Below, one piece after another: positions 1 through 9,912 of a stretch of 64,000 nucleotides of DNA. This stretch comes from Haliotis cracherodii (lineage: Eukaryota). Within the stretch, counting starts at the first letter, position 1. Each line of letters starts with the position of its first letter. The translations under genes were made by a program, and so were the position numbers. The stretch lies in contig NW_027266275.1 of NCBI RefSeq assembly GCF_022045235.1, positions 51,832,001 through 51,896,000 of the forward strand. Reading direction: 5' to 3'. The notes below the pieces were generated by a model. That model was not told the DNA's origin, searched no databases, and was given only the letters and a program-made list of their open reading frames with translations.

Positions 1-629
1 TGAAAATATCGACTTTATTAGGTACCAACAATTCACTAAAAATCTACCTCTGCGTTTCTTTTTTTGAAGAGTGTATGTAAGTCAAAAGGAATGTGTGCAT
101 CGTGAGAAAGAAATGCGAACATTAGCGACTTGTGGTGTAACCACTGAGTTATAGTGAGTTTTTGTCATCAAACAATATATAGCGTGACCAACCACGGGTC
201 CGGGTAGTACTGTGGGTACCCGGGTCCTACTCAGGACCCACCCAACCCGAGTACCCGAGTTACCCGTCCCAGCCCCACGAGTCACGCTTGCTTCAGATAA
301 AGCACACTGTGTACAATGTCGCTAAAGAAAACGTGTACTCTGAAGAAACCATGCCCATGGTAACATTGACAACGCAGATGGAGATGTAGACTAACATATA
401 TAGTTCCGGAAATGAACTATCTAGACTTGCCAAACATTACAGACTTGCATGGGCTGTTATGGATATATTTGTTTTAGGGTCTTTTTGACAAACAAATGGA
501 GATATTCAGAGCTATTTCTTATTTTCTTGTTCAAAAGGCCTGTGTTTTCTGTAGTTGAGCTCTGCTAAGCGGATTAGTATAAGTAAAACGCTTTGTAGTT
601 ATTACTCATTAATGTTTTGATTAATTATT

Positions 630-890
630 TAATTTGCCGAACACGTTCAAAACAAAAACAGAGACTGAAAATTGTAAATGATGCAAATAAATTAACAGGC
701 TTTTCTGTTTGTCTCGGTATGTATTATGCAGAACAAATTATAAAAAGTACAGAAAGAATATTAAGTCACAATAGTCATCATGTAATGTTCTCTGAATATG
801 AGTTCTGACATCGGTTGAATATGCCGAAAATGAGAACAAACAGGTTCCGCCAGTCTTTCATACCGATTACTGTTAATCTAACTAATCACT
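630..890 (+). mobile_element. 3' remnant of a non-LTR retrotransposon (Rex1/Babar- or L2-like ORF2 C-terminus)
   Basis: Degenerate peptide ..ILSHNSHHVMFSEYEF*..MPKMRTNRFRQSFIPITVNLTN resembles the H-P-L..RT.R...SF.P....L.N tail of these LINE proteins. Confidence 0.6.
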
Positions 891-891
891 C

Positions 892-955
892 GTCACGATA
901 TGGCTGCAATATTGCCGATGTGACGTTAAATATTAACTCACTCACTTACTCACTA
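892..955 (+). mobile_element. SINE/LINE 3' tail fragment ending in (ACTC)n
   Basis: cacgatatggctgcaatattgccgatgtgacgttaaa..actcactcact; the same tail occurs at 36508-36558. Confidence 0.65.
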
Positions 956-1044
956 ACCAATCAACATTTCATGTACGATGACATGCATCAACCAAGTCAG
1001 CGAGCCTGACCACCCATCCTGTTAGTCGCCTCTTACTAAAAAGT

Positions 1045-1250
1045 GACTATGCTTGTCGTAAGAGGCGACTAACGGGATCGGGTGGTCAGGCTCGATGACT
1101 TAGTTGATTCATGTCATCGTATCCCAATTGCGTGGATCGATGCTCATGATGTCAATCACTGGATTGTCTGGTAAAGACTCACTTATTTACAGACCACCGT
1201 CATATAGCTGGAATATTGCAGAGTGCGGTGTTAAACAACAAACAAACAAA
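1045..1250 (-). mobile_element. Interspersed SINE-like repeat, family A
   Basis: Homologous to copies at 30326-30545, 39910-40155 and 53100-53350 (gatacgatgacatg..tcagcgagcctgaccacccgatcccgttagtcgcctcttac). Confidence 0.8.
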
Positions 1251-1422
1251 CTGTAAACACTCCTCGCTACAGTGTTTGTCACAGCCATTATTACGCATAG
1301 TCTTCAGAACTTGACATAAAGGGGGAATACTCTCGGTCTTCTACCTGGATGTCTAACACTGTCCGCTAGGGCTAACTAGTGGGTCGATTTGCTGGGTAAT
1401 CAACTGAACATGATAAGAGACT

Positions 1423-1847
1423 CAATCTCATTAAAATCAGATCTTAGTTCTCTCTACCGCTAAACAAAGATCTGAGGACATCCCATTACGTGTCACGTCA
1501 GACTGACCTTGCGTGTACTTTGACAGACCAATGGAATGTCCAATCAGAAGGTAGCTTTCTCGTGCTTTACGGCACTAATTTCAAATTGGCGACTACGCTT
1601 CGAAACATATTTTGACAAATTCTCGATTACAAATTTGAAACCCAAGCAAAAGAACATTCTGGAATGGCTAATAGATGGTCTAGATTGTATGGATTCAGTC
1701 GTTAAACCCGTAACTATCGTTTGGAATACCCCGTGTTAAAGTTTTCGAAATTGCCCGATTATAAATCACATTCCGACTGTCACTTTCATAATTGGTAAGC
1801 GATGCTCCGATTGGTCGGATGAAAGGTCGTTCTGACGTGACCCTAAT
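1423..1847. mobile_element. Truncated foldback/MITE element (left arm and centre), cut by the start of the array
   Basis: Aligns to 53513-53938, but the right arm is absent. Confidence 0.75.
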
Positions 1848-2294
1848 TATACGACAGACTGTTGAACAAAAGGAACATGTCGGCCACCAAAAATAAATTG
1901 TTGTAAGAAATGTTTTTACAAAAAAGATTTTTTTATCTGGGTCCATAGTTTATATCTGGTTTTGCATCCGTAGATGAAAAATATCTAGTTTCCCTCACAT
2001 TCTTACTAGCCCACTAGCCCGTGTCAGTTTGTCGAATGTAAAAGGTATTGTGGAGGCTGGTATAATAGAGGGTTCTTATATGATATCGCTATTCGGCCCA
2101 GCCAACGTTTAAGGTTAATGTCTACAAGTGATGATCCATATGAAAATGAACAAAATTCACCCAGTTTCACCAGCACGTTTTTCAAACTCTAAACTGATGT
2201 ATGCAACGTTTCAGTTGTAAGTTACAACTTAAGCCTGGTGTTCAGACAAAACAAATCCGTCTGTTTTCAGCCTCTGCAATGCCATTAGGCTTGA

Positions 2295-2605
2295 CCACAC
2301 CGGAAGCTGTCGATGAGCCTCGTTCTGAGTCCTCGAACTCGGTAACGTAGTTACCGTTGCCGTTACCGACGTCCCTTCTGTTTACAACAGAAAAACGATC
2401 GCTTTTGCTCCGCTGACCTCTACGTTTCACTCACTGCTGTATCTTTCCAAGTGTGCCTTCTTCCAAGATGAACACAAGGCTTCACATTCAAGGTATTTAA
2501 GGTCACAATTATTCCACTTAACAGTATTAAGATGTTAAATTAGATGTGAAATTGGTCGTTGTTAGGCAGCAGTATCGGGACTGAAGATGGCGGCCGCCAT
2601 TTGCA
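2295..2605 (+). promoter_or_regulatory. Putative promoter and first-intron elements of the array gene (repeated in every unit)
   Basis: ETS-like CCGGAAG at ~2300-2306; four RFX-type half sites in GGTAACGTAGTTACCGTTGCCGTTACC at 2341-2367; back-to-back YY1-like sites AAGATGGCGGCCGCCATTTG at 2584-2603. The segment is CpG-rich relative to its flanks. Confidence 0.5.
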
Positions 2606-3456
2606 ATTGTCTTAATTGAAAATTTTTGATTGTAAACTTGACATGTGGTGCTTAGAAGAAACCTGTTCGTTCATTATAGTGTCAAGCGATGTAGTACAGA
2701 TGTAAGATAACCTGTATTACGTGAAAAGCAGCTGTTTGGCCCATTTTATTGGTTAATGGTGGTCTTGCAGCACAGCCTGTAAAGCCCACATACACTTGGA
2801 ATTCGCATTGTCAAAAGGCCGAGGTCTAGTGACATATTGTAGTTGTCAGAAGACGTAAGTTGTGATTTTGTAAACGCAGCCGCCGGCGTACATTTAACTG
2901 AACCTAGCTTTCGTTTTTCTTTTTCAGCTCGGGAGGACATAATTCGCTATTATGGCACTCCTGCGGCTGTGAGTTTGTGGCCGTCTCAGGATGAGGAGTC
3001 CGACTGTGTATGTAGTTTTACATGCCCTCACTGTCACTTCTTCCTTCTATTATAGCCCCTGTTTTATTGTACATTAAGTCTGCCCAGTCCCTATAATAAA
3101 CTGTGATTCGTTTTCTTTGCAAACGTATCCCGTATTCTGTCTCACATGCCTCCCTTTGTCCCTCTCTCCACCCCCTCGATGTGTAGCGTTCCCTGGCTGT
3201 GTCCCCTTCCCGTTGTCCCGACCCCCTGAGCGTCTTCACTCCGTTCTGGGCCCGCCCTGTCTACGGTGAGACGCTCCCTGCCCCCGTCACCATTAACCAC
3301 GCTGATCACTACCCTGCCCCAAGTGACGACGATGACAGTGACTACTGGGTGTACGAGGATGAGGACGACCACAGCTTTGTGGATGACAGAGAGATTCATC
3401 CCTTTAGAAAGGCGCTGACGAGAGCTGCTGCCTTCTTTAGGAAGATCTTCTCTTAG
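2468..3456 (+). CDS. Array gene copy 1: 3-exon gene, 111-aa protein of unknown function
   Basis: Exons are 2468-2492 (ATG..CAAG|gtattt), 2928-2968 (tttttctttttcag|CTCGG..GCT|gtgagt) and 3187-3456 (pyrimidine tract..tgtgtag|CGT..TAG). Phases 1 and 0 join in frame: MNTRLHIQAREDIIRYYGTPAARSLAVSPSRCPDPLSVFTPFWARPVYGETLPAPVTINHADHYPAPSDDDDSDYWVYEDEDDHSFVDDREIHPFRKALTRAAAFFRKIFS*. AATAAA at 3970-3975 is followed by a GT-rich tract. Confidence 0.72.
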
Positions 3457-3489
3457 ACTCCTTATCTTTTTAATGTCTGAATGTGTTCG

Positions 3490-3708
3490 AGTGAGTGAGT
3501 GAATGAGCATGTGTGTATGTATGTGTGCGTATGTGAGAGTAAATGAAAGATTGAATGAGCATGTGTTCGTGTAAGTGTGTAAGTGTGTGTGTGTGTGTGT
3601 GTGTGTGACTGAATGAATAAGCATGTATGTATGTGTGTGTGAGAGGAAGAAGGTATGTATGTTAGAGATGAGAGTTAGAGTGAATTAACGAGTACATATA
3701 TGTCTGTA

Positions 3709-3779
<71 letters not shown>
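3490..3779 (+). repeat. Compound (GAGT)n/(GT)n/(GA)n microsatellites in the 3'UTR of the array gene (present in each unit)
   Basis: Directly visible; tract lengths differ between units. Confidence 0.95.
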
Positions 3780-3781
<2 letters not shown>

Positions 3782-3969
3782 CTTTCCACATAACCGCTCT
3801 TTGCCCATTTTGGCGTATTTTTAGGCACATACATTTTGGCCCAACTTTCACTTTCGTTTCGGCAAACCTCTTGGCTTATTGGAATCGCACAAGACTATAC
3901 GTTCTATACAATTTTGGCCCGTTTTTGGATCTCTCTTGGGGCATATTTCTTTCGGCTTTCTGTTATCTG

Positions 3970-3975
3970 AATAAA
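3970..3975 (+). terminator. Putative polyadenylation signal of the array gene (conserved in all units)
   Basis: AATAAA ~515 nt after the stop, followed by the T/GT-rich sequence tgtttctg..ttgtctgctttgtc. Confidence 0.55.
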
Positions 3976-4248
3976 TGTTTCTGTAATGTATACACAAGTT
4001 GTCTGCTTTGTCTACAGTGCTTCATCCTTACAGCTAATAATATCTGGGCGACAGCAGCATCGCAATATAGGCATCTGGCCAAATCCCAAGGTTCCCGAAC
4101 ATGAGACATAAATTCATATGGATATAGTTAATCAGTGAATGTTGCCCCTATATTGCTGTTCTGCTGTGTCCCAATGTCATGATCTGTACTGAGCAGAAGA
4201 TTTCTGAATAGGTGGGGGCTACCTTAAGATTTGACACTTCTAAGTTTT

Positions 4249-4437
4249 TATGTGGCGACAATTGTGACACGGGATATTTTCCGAGGATAGCTCTCTTGGA
4301 CACTTTGTTATTGAAGAATTTTAATATTCCAATAAACTAGCTAATCATTTCTAATGAAACAATGATTGTGGCTTCCTACTGATGGAGTTCGAATCGAGAA
4401 TTGCCTTTCTTCTCTAAAACACAAGTGTCGCCACATA
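4249..4437. mobile_element. ~190 bp MITE-like element in the spacer of each array unit
   Basis: Terminal inverted repeat TATGTGGCGACAATTGTG / CACAAGTGTCGCCACATA (17/18 match) with TA at both ends, as in Tc1/mariner-type MITEs. Confidence 0.5.
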
Positions 4438-5554
4438 GGATATATTACGAGCACTTCACCATCTAATACCGGTAGTCGGACAAGGGATTGAGAGTGATCT
4501 CCCTTCGCCCCAGACAATATTGGATTCCACTCGTCTCTTCATTGTGGCCTTCCAGAAATCGACTTCACTGCTGTTCCTTTGGCCCGTGATCTTCAGAAAA
4601 AGCAGAGGGCATGCTTTTATACCTAGGCTGTCGCCAGGTGCAAGTAAAAAGCCTATGTTGACACCTACTTGTATGCAAGAGTAGATTAATACAAATATGA
4701 CGTAATATTCGTATCTGGCATTCTACAAAAATACATAAATGATAGGAGGGGTCTGAATTCGTCCCCTGTACGTCCACATCAGCGTTTTCAAAATGGAACG
4801 GACAATTGGATTTCTCTGACTGTGAGTGTGTGGGTGGGAAGGATTTTATCAGAAAAAAATAAATTGTCTCAGAAATTGATTGAAAAATAATTATGCTTCA
4901 GACTGTTGAACAAAAAGAACATGTCGGCCACCAAAAATAAATTGTTGCAAGGTGTGCTTTTTTTAAACAAAAGTTTTATTTAGGCTCATAGTTTATACCT
5001 GGTTTTGCATCCGTAGATGAAAAAATATATAGTTTCCCTCACATTCTAAAAATACTAGCCCACTAGCCCGTGTCAGTTTGTCGAATGTAAATGGTATTGT
5101 GGAGGCTGGTATAACAGAGGTTTCTTATATGGTATCGCTATTCGGCCCAGCCAACGTTTAAGGTTAATGTCTACAAGTGATGATCCATAGGAAAATGAAC
5201 AAAATTCGTCCTGTTCCGAGTAATGGAGGCACGAAAAACACCCAGTTTCACCAGCACGTTTTTCAAACTCTAAACTGATGTATGCAACGTTTCAGTTGTA
5301 AGTTATAACTTATAATTAAGCCTGGTGTTCAGACGAAATAAACCCGTCTGTTTTCAGCCTCTGCAATGCCATTAGGCTTGACCACGCCGGAAGCTGTCGA
5401 TTAGACTCGTTCTGAGTCCTCGAACTCGGTAACGTAGTTACCGTTGCCGTTACCGACGTCCCTTCTGTTTACAACAGAAAAACGATCGCATTTGCTCCGC
5501 TGACCTCTACGTTTCACTCACTGCTGTTTCTTTCCAAGTGTGCCTTCTTCCAAG

Positions 5555-6544
5555 ATGAACACAAGGCTTCACATTCAAGGTATTTAAGGTCACAATTATT
5601 CCACTTAACAGTATTAAGATGTTAAATTAGATGTGAAATTGGTCGTTGTTAGGCAGCAGTATCGGGACTGAAGATGGCGGCCGCCATTTGCAATTGTCTT
5701 AATTGAAAATTTTTGATTGTAAACTTGACATGTGGTGTCTTAGATGAAACCTGTTCGTTCATTATAGTGTCAAGCGATGTAGTCCAGATGTAAGATAACC
5801 TGTATTACGTGAAAAGCAGCTGTTTGGCCCATTTTATTGGTTAATGGTGGTCTTGCAGCACAGCCTGTAAAGCCCACATACACTTGGAATTCGCATTGTC
5901 AAAAGGCCGAGGTCTAGTGACATATTGTAGTTGTCAGAAGACGTAAGTTGTGATTTTGTAAACGCAGCCGCCGGCGTACATTTAACTAAACCTAGCTTTC
6001 GTTTTTCTTTTTCAGCTCGGGAGGACATAATTCGCTATTATGGCACTCCTGCGGCTGTGAGTTTGTGGCCGTCTCAGGATGAGGAGTCCGACTGTGTATG
6101 TAGTTTTACATGCCCTCCCTGTCACTTCTTCCTTCTATTATAGCCCCTGTTTTATTGTACATTAAGTCTGCCCAGTCCCTATAATAAACTGTGATTCGTT
6201 TTCTTTGCAAACGTATCCCGTATTCTGTCTCACGTGCCTCCCTTTGTCCCTCTCTCCACCCCCTCGATGTGTAGCGTTCCCTGGCTGTGTCCCCTTCCCG
6301 TTGTCCCGACCCCCTGAGCGTCTTCACTCCGTTCTGGGCCCGCCCTGTCTACGGTGAGACGCTCCCTGCCCCCGTCACCATTAACCACGCTGATCACTAT
6401 CCTGCCCCAAGTGACGACGATGACAGTGACTACTGGGTGTACGAGGATGAGGACGACCACAGCTTTGTGGATGACAGAGAGATTCACCCCTTTAGAAAGG
6501 CGCTGACGAGAGCTGCTGCCTTCTTTAGGAAGATCTTCTCTTAG
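5555..6544 (+). CDS. Array gene copy 2 (exons 5555-5579, 6016-6056, 6275-6544)
   Basis: Same splice sites and frame as copy 1, with two synonymous changes in exon 3 (TAC>TAT, CAT>CAC). Confidence 0.72.
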
Positions 6545-6789
6545 ACTCCTTATCCTTTTAATGTCTGAATGTGTTCGAGTGAGTGAGTGAATGAGCATGT
6601 GTGTATGTATGTGTGCGTATGTGAGAGTAAATGAAAGATTGAATGAGCATGTGTTCGTGTAAGTGTGTAAGTGTGTGTGTGTGTGTGTATGTGACTGAAT
6701 GAATAAGCATGTATGTATGTGTGAGAGGAAGAGGGTATGTATGTTAGAGATGAGAGTTAGAGTGAATTAACGAGTACATATATGTCTGT

Positions 6790-6841
<52 letters not shown>

Positions 6842-8615
6842 CTTTCCACATAACCGCTCTTTGCCCATTTTGGCGTATTTTTAGGCACATACATTTTGGC
6901 CCAACTTTCACTTTCGTTTCGGCAAACCTCTTGGCTTATTGGAATCGCACAAGACTATACGTTCTATACAATTTTGGCCCGTTTTTGGATCTCTCTTGAG
7001 GCATATTTCTTTCGGCTTTCTGTTATCTGAATAAATGTTTCTGTAATGTATACACAAGTTGTCTGCTTTGTCTACAGTGTTTCATCCTTACAGCTAATAA
7101 TATCTGGGCGACAGCAGCATCGCAATATAGGCATCTGGCCAAATCCCAAGGTTCCCGAACATGAGACATAAATTCATATGGATATAGTTAATCAGTGAAT
7201 GTTGCCCCTATATTGCTGTTCTGCTGTGTCCCAATGTCATGATCTGTACTGAGCAGAAGATTTCTGAATAGGTGGGGGCTACCTTAAGATTTGACACTTC
7301 TAAATTTTTATGTGGCGACAATTGTGACACGGGATATTTTCCGAGGATAGCTCTCTTGGACACTTTGTTATTGAAGAATTTTAATATTCCAATAAACTAG
7401 CTAATCATTTCTAATGAAACAATGATTGTGGCTTCCTATTGATGGAGTTCGAATCGAGAATTGCCTTTCTTCTCTAAAACACAAGTGTCGCCACATAGGA
7501 TATATTACGAGCACTTCACCATCTAATACCGGTAGTCGGACAAGGGATTGAGAGTGATCTCCCTTCGCCCCAGACAATATTGGATTCCACTCGTCTCTTC
7601 ATTGTGGCCTTCCAGAAATCGACTTCACTGCTGTTCCTTTGGCCCGTGATCTTCAGAAAAAGCAGAGGGCATGCTTTTATACCTAGGCTGTCGCCAGGTG
7701 CAAGTAAAAAGCCTATGTTGACACCTACTTGTATGCAAGAGTAGATTAATACAAATATGACGTAATATTCGTATCTGGCATTCTACAAAAATACATAAAT
7801 GATAGAAGGGGTCTGAATTCGTCCCCTGTACGCCCACATCAGCGTTTTCAAAATGGAACGGACAATTGGATTTCTCTGACTGTGAGTGTGTGGGTGGGAA
7901 GGATTTTATCAGAAAAAAATAAATTGTCTCCGAAATTGATTGAAAAATAATTATGCTTCAGACTGTTGAACAAAAAGAACATGTCGGCCACCAAAAATAA
8001 ATTGTTGCAAGGTGTGCTTTTTTTAAACAAAAGTTTTATTTAGGCTCATAGTTTATACCTGGTTTTGCATCCGTAGATGAAAAAATATATAGTTTCCCTC
8101 ACATTCTAAAAATACTAGCCCACTAGCCCGTGTCAGTTTGTCGAATGTAAATGGTATTGTGGAGGCTGGTATAACAGAGGTTTCTTATATGGTATCGCTA
8201 TTCGGCCCAGCCAACGTTTAAGGTTAATGTCTACAAGTGATGATCCATAGGAAAATGAACAAAATTCGCCCTGTTCCGAGTAATGGAGGCACGAAAAACA
8301 CCCACTTTTCACCAGCACGTTTTTCAAACTCTAAACTGATGTATGCAACGTTTCAGTTGTAAGTTACAACTTATAATTAAGCCTGGTGTTCAGACGAAAT
8401 AAACCCGTCTGTTTTCAGCCTCTGCAATGCCATTAGGCTTGACCACTCCGGAAGCTGTCGATGAGCCACGTTCTGAGTCCTCGAACTCGGTAACGTAGTT
8501 ACCGTTGCCGTTACCGACGTCCCTTCTGTTTACAACAGAAAAACGATCGCATTTGCTCCGCTGACCTCTACGTTTCGCTCACTGCTGTATCTTTCCAAGT
8601 GTGCCTTCTTCCAAG

Positions 8616-9605
8616 ATGAACACAAGGCTTCACATTCAAGGTATTTAAGGTCACAATTATTCCACTTAACAGTATTAAGATGTTAAATTAGATGTGAAAT
8701 TGGTCGTTGTTAGGCAGCAGTATCGGGACTGAAGATGGCGGCCGCCATTTGCAATTGTCTTAATTGAAAATTTTTGATTGTAAACTTGACATGTGGTGTC
8801 TTAGATGAAACCTGTTCGTTCATTATAGTGTCAAGCGATGTAGTCCAGATGTAAGATAACCTGTATTACGTGAAAAGCAGCTGTTTGGCCCATTTTATTG
8901 GTTAATGGTGGTCTTGCAGCACAGCCTGTAAAGCCCACATACACTTGGAATTCGCATTGTCAAAAGGCCGAGGTCTAGTGACATATTGTAGTTGTCAGAA
9001 GACGTAAGTTGTGATTTTGTAAACGCAGCCGCCGGCGTACATTTAACTGAACCTAGCTTTCGTTTTTCTTTTTCAGCTCGGGAGGACATAATTCGCTATT
9101 ATGGCACTCCTGCGGCTGTGAGTTTGTGGCCGTCTCAGGATGAGGAGTCCGACTGTGTATGTAGTTTTACATGCCCTCCCTGTCACTTCTTCCTTCTATT
9201 ATAGCCCCTGTTTTATTGTACATTAAGTCTGCCCAGTCCCTATAATAAACTGTGATTCGTTTTCTTTGCAAACGTATCCCGTATTCTGTCTCACATGCCT
9301 CCCTTTGTCCCTCTCTCCACCCCCTCGATGTGTAGCGTTCCCTGGCTGTGTCCCCTTCCCGTTGTCCCGACCCCCTGAGCGTCTTCACTCCGTTCTGGGC
9401 CCGCCCTGTCTACGGTGAGACGCTCCCTGCCCCCGTCACCATTAACCACGCTGATCACTACCCTGCCCCAAGTGACGACGATGACAGTGACTACTGGGTG
9501 TACGAGGATGAGGACGACCACAGCTTTGTGGATGACAGAGAGATTCATCCCTTTAGAAAGGCGCTGACGAGAGCTGCTGCCTTCTTTAGGAAGATCTTCT
9601 CTTAG
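8616..9605 (+). CDS. Array gene copy 3 (exons 8616-8640, 9077-9117, 9336-9605)
   Basis: Intact ATG, splice sites and stop; protein identical to copy 1. Confidence 0.72.
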
Positions 9606-9855
9606 ACTCCTTATCCTTTTAATGTCTGAATGTGTTCGAGTGAGTGAGTGAATGAGCATGTGTGTATGTATGTGTGCGTATGTGAGAGTAAATGAAAGAT
9701 TGAATGAGCATGTGTTCGTGTAAGTGTGTAAGTGTGTGTGTGTGTGTGTGTGTGACTGAATGAATAAGCATGTATGTATGTGTGTGTGAGAGGAAGAAGG
9801 TATGTATGTTAGAGATGAGAGTTAGAGTGAATTAACGAGTACATATATGTCTGTA

Positions 9856-9912
<57 letters not shown>

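Noticed and set aside
2843-3456. ORF-track starts MSEDV.. (TTG) and MSPSR.. (GTG) as independent genes
   Set aside because: These are non-ATG starts in a eukaryote. The first lies in intron 1 and the second is internal to exon 3 of the spliced model.
2468-3456. Identity with known small acidic abalone sperm acrosomal proteins, or an LC3-interacting (LIR) motif protein
   Set aside because: There is no signal peptide and no sequence similarity I can recognise, and the acidic tract lacks a proper [WFY]xx[LIV] core.
3142-3624. Minus-strand ORFs of 122-222 aa in each unit (MLIHS..THTHT..)
   Set aside because: They are antisense to exon 3 and extend through (CA)n/(CT)n microsatellites; their length changes with tract length between units.
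4745-4770. Helitron 3' hairpin implying rolling-circle amplification of the array
   Set aside because: The imperfect hairpin ggggtctgaattcgtcccc is present, but I see no correctly spaced CTRR end or 5' TC terminus at the unit boundaries.
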